A stretch of 64,000 bases of DNA from Callorhinchus milii (taxonomy: Eukaryota): positions 128,838,001-128,902,000 of the forward strand of contig NW_024704742.1 of NCBI RefSeq assembly GCF_018977255.1, written 5' to 3'. Positions 62,733 to 64,000 of this stretch are shown piece after piece; the first letter of the stretch is position 1; the number at the start of each line of letters is the position of its first letter. A program made the translations under genes and the position numbers. The notes under the pieces were generated by a model. It saw only the letters and a list, made by a program, of their open reading frames with translations, was not told the origin of the DNA and did not search any database.

Positions 62733-64000
62733 GTCATGTTCAAAGAGGTAAGGTTTGAGGCAGGACTTAAAGACAACAACAAATTGTATTTATATAGGCT
62801 CTTCACACGGGGCAGACTCTCAGAGTGCTTGAAAAAGCCAGAAAGAGAGAGATGGAGTGGTAGAGGGAGGGAACTGAAGGCTCAGTCACTGATGGTGGTG
62901 CTGTGGAGAGGGCAGGAGGGCACTAAGAGGGCAGTAAGCCTGAGTTCTCTGAGCAGACGGGGCGAGCGGAGGAGTAGGGTAGAGATTGGAGAGATAAGGG
63001 GATGCCGGGGAGTGCAAGGATTGAATGAATGTTTATTGCTCGCCATGACGCAAGTTAATAGAAACGACTGATCTGTAACTGGCAAAATTTATCCCGGTCA
63101 GGTCTAGGACGAATGTATTATGTTTTAAATGACCTTTATCCCTTACGTAATATTATTTCAATGACAAACTGAGGATATAGAGACTGTAAGGTTCTTTTCT
63201 GTCCATTCATCCCGATATCACACAGTCGAGTAAACTGATAAAAAGAATTAACTTTGGGAGAATATTTTTCATGTTCCTGACAATAGTAATGTGAAACACT
63301 TAAATCAGTATTCTGGTTGCTTATCGGCTGGATAATAACATGCCTGGAATGCGTTTTCAAAATCACTGGGATTGAGGCATGACAGGACCTTTAGTTGGAT
63401 GTTTCAAAAAGTACTGTGAGCGCTGAATAGAGCTATTCATTCTGACAAATTGTCGCGCTGAAATATTCCTTCCTATTCTTATGTCTGCAGGAGACACAAA
63501 GGCCTGTCTTTCAGCAGTCAGTCACCGCTTGGCTGAGTGCATTGAAGAACAAGTCAGGCATTTACGACTGAACATGTCCCTGTTTTCTTCACAGTGGCTC
63601 CCCGACAAATTAGTTGCAAATGAACTTTCCTTTGTTAAAATTTGTCAGTGTACCTGTTAAATTCCTCTTTCCCAGCGATGGCTGGCACAGATTTCAGAAC
63701 GTTATGGCACAGCCTGATCTAAGGAAGTCTGAGTTTCATTGTGACCTGTAGACTCCAAATTCCAGCACATGTTAGCCTGAGGGATTATTTGACCTTAAAA
63801 TATAAGACTGCGCAAAAGTATGTGAGATTTCTTTAATCAGGCTTTAACTCGAAAACTGGTTCTTTTTAAAACAAAGCTGCGTAGAGCAGCAGGATGAATT
63901 TCAGAATTTTTTCCCAATTCCGCTCCACTCCATCTTGAATTTTTTTAAATCCTTCAAAAAAAAATTTAGTCACTCAATCTACGATTGTTTGTGGGACACT

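Noticed and set aside
63136..63366. 76-aa minus-strand ORF as a possible upstream NPR3 exon
   Set aside because: No resemblance to the expected preceding NPR-C sequence and no convincing splice sites or phase.
1..64000. CRISPR-like array or prokaryotic/viral system suggested by recurring short repeats
   Set aside because: The recurring motifs (aataatccttgcatttgatatag etc.) are dispersed SINE and LINE tails at irregular spacing in both orientations. There are no constant-length spacers, operons or long intact ORFs.

Overview
Vertebrate nuclear DNA, most likely from a cartilaginous fish. The dominant tRNA-head/(ATT)n-tail SINE resembles the chimaera (holocephalan) type, an inference from recalled repeat families. 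There are no prokaryotic features or CRISPR arrays. The only host gene I can support is the 3' half of NPR3 (natriuretic peptide clearance receptor, NPR-C type) on the minus strand. Five GT-AG coding exons (57933-57798, 55238-55144, 51007-50869, 49610-49526, 43746-43635) splice in frame, followed by a probable repeat-free 3' UTR of about 2.5 kb ending near 41130. The 5' exons lie beyond the window. Bases 1-41000 are gene-free and packed with CR1 and L2 LINEs, young and old SINEs, and decayed DNA-transposon remnants. Nearly all ORFs in the supplied track are repeat-derived or spurious. Four observations stand out. (1) This NPR-C carries a guanylyl-cyclase-receptor-type juxtamembrane W-x2-G-x-PP-x-D...CGF...C hinge with four cysteines. 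(2) Short palindromic Penelope-like elements carry a minimal hammerhead ribozyme core. (3) Several local inverted or templated duplications occur, one with nested micro-hairpins at its junction. (4) One SINE subfamily shares its tail-hairpin loop with the local L2. I do not see a wholly new multi-gene system.
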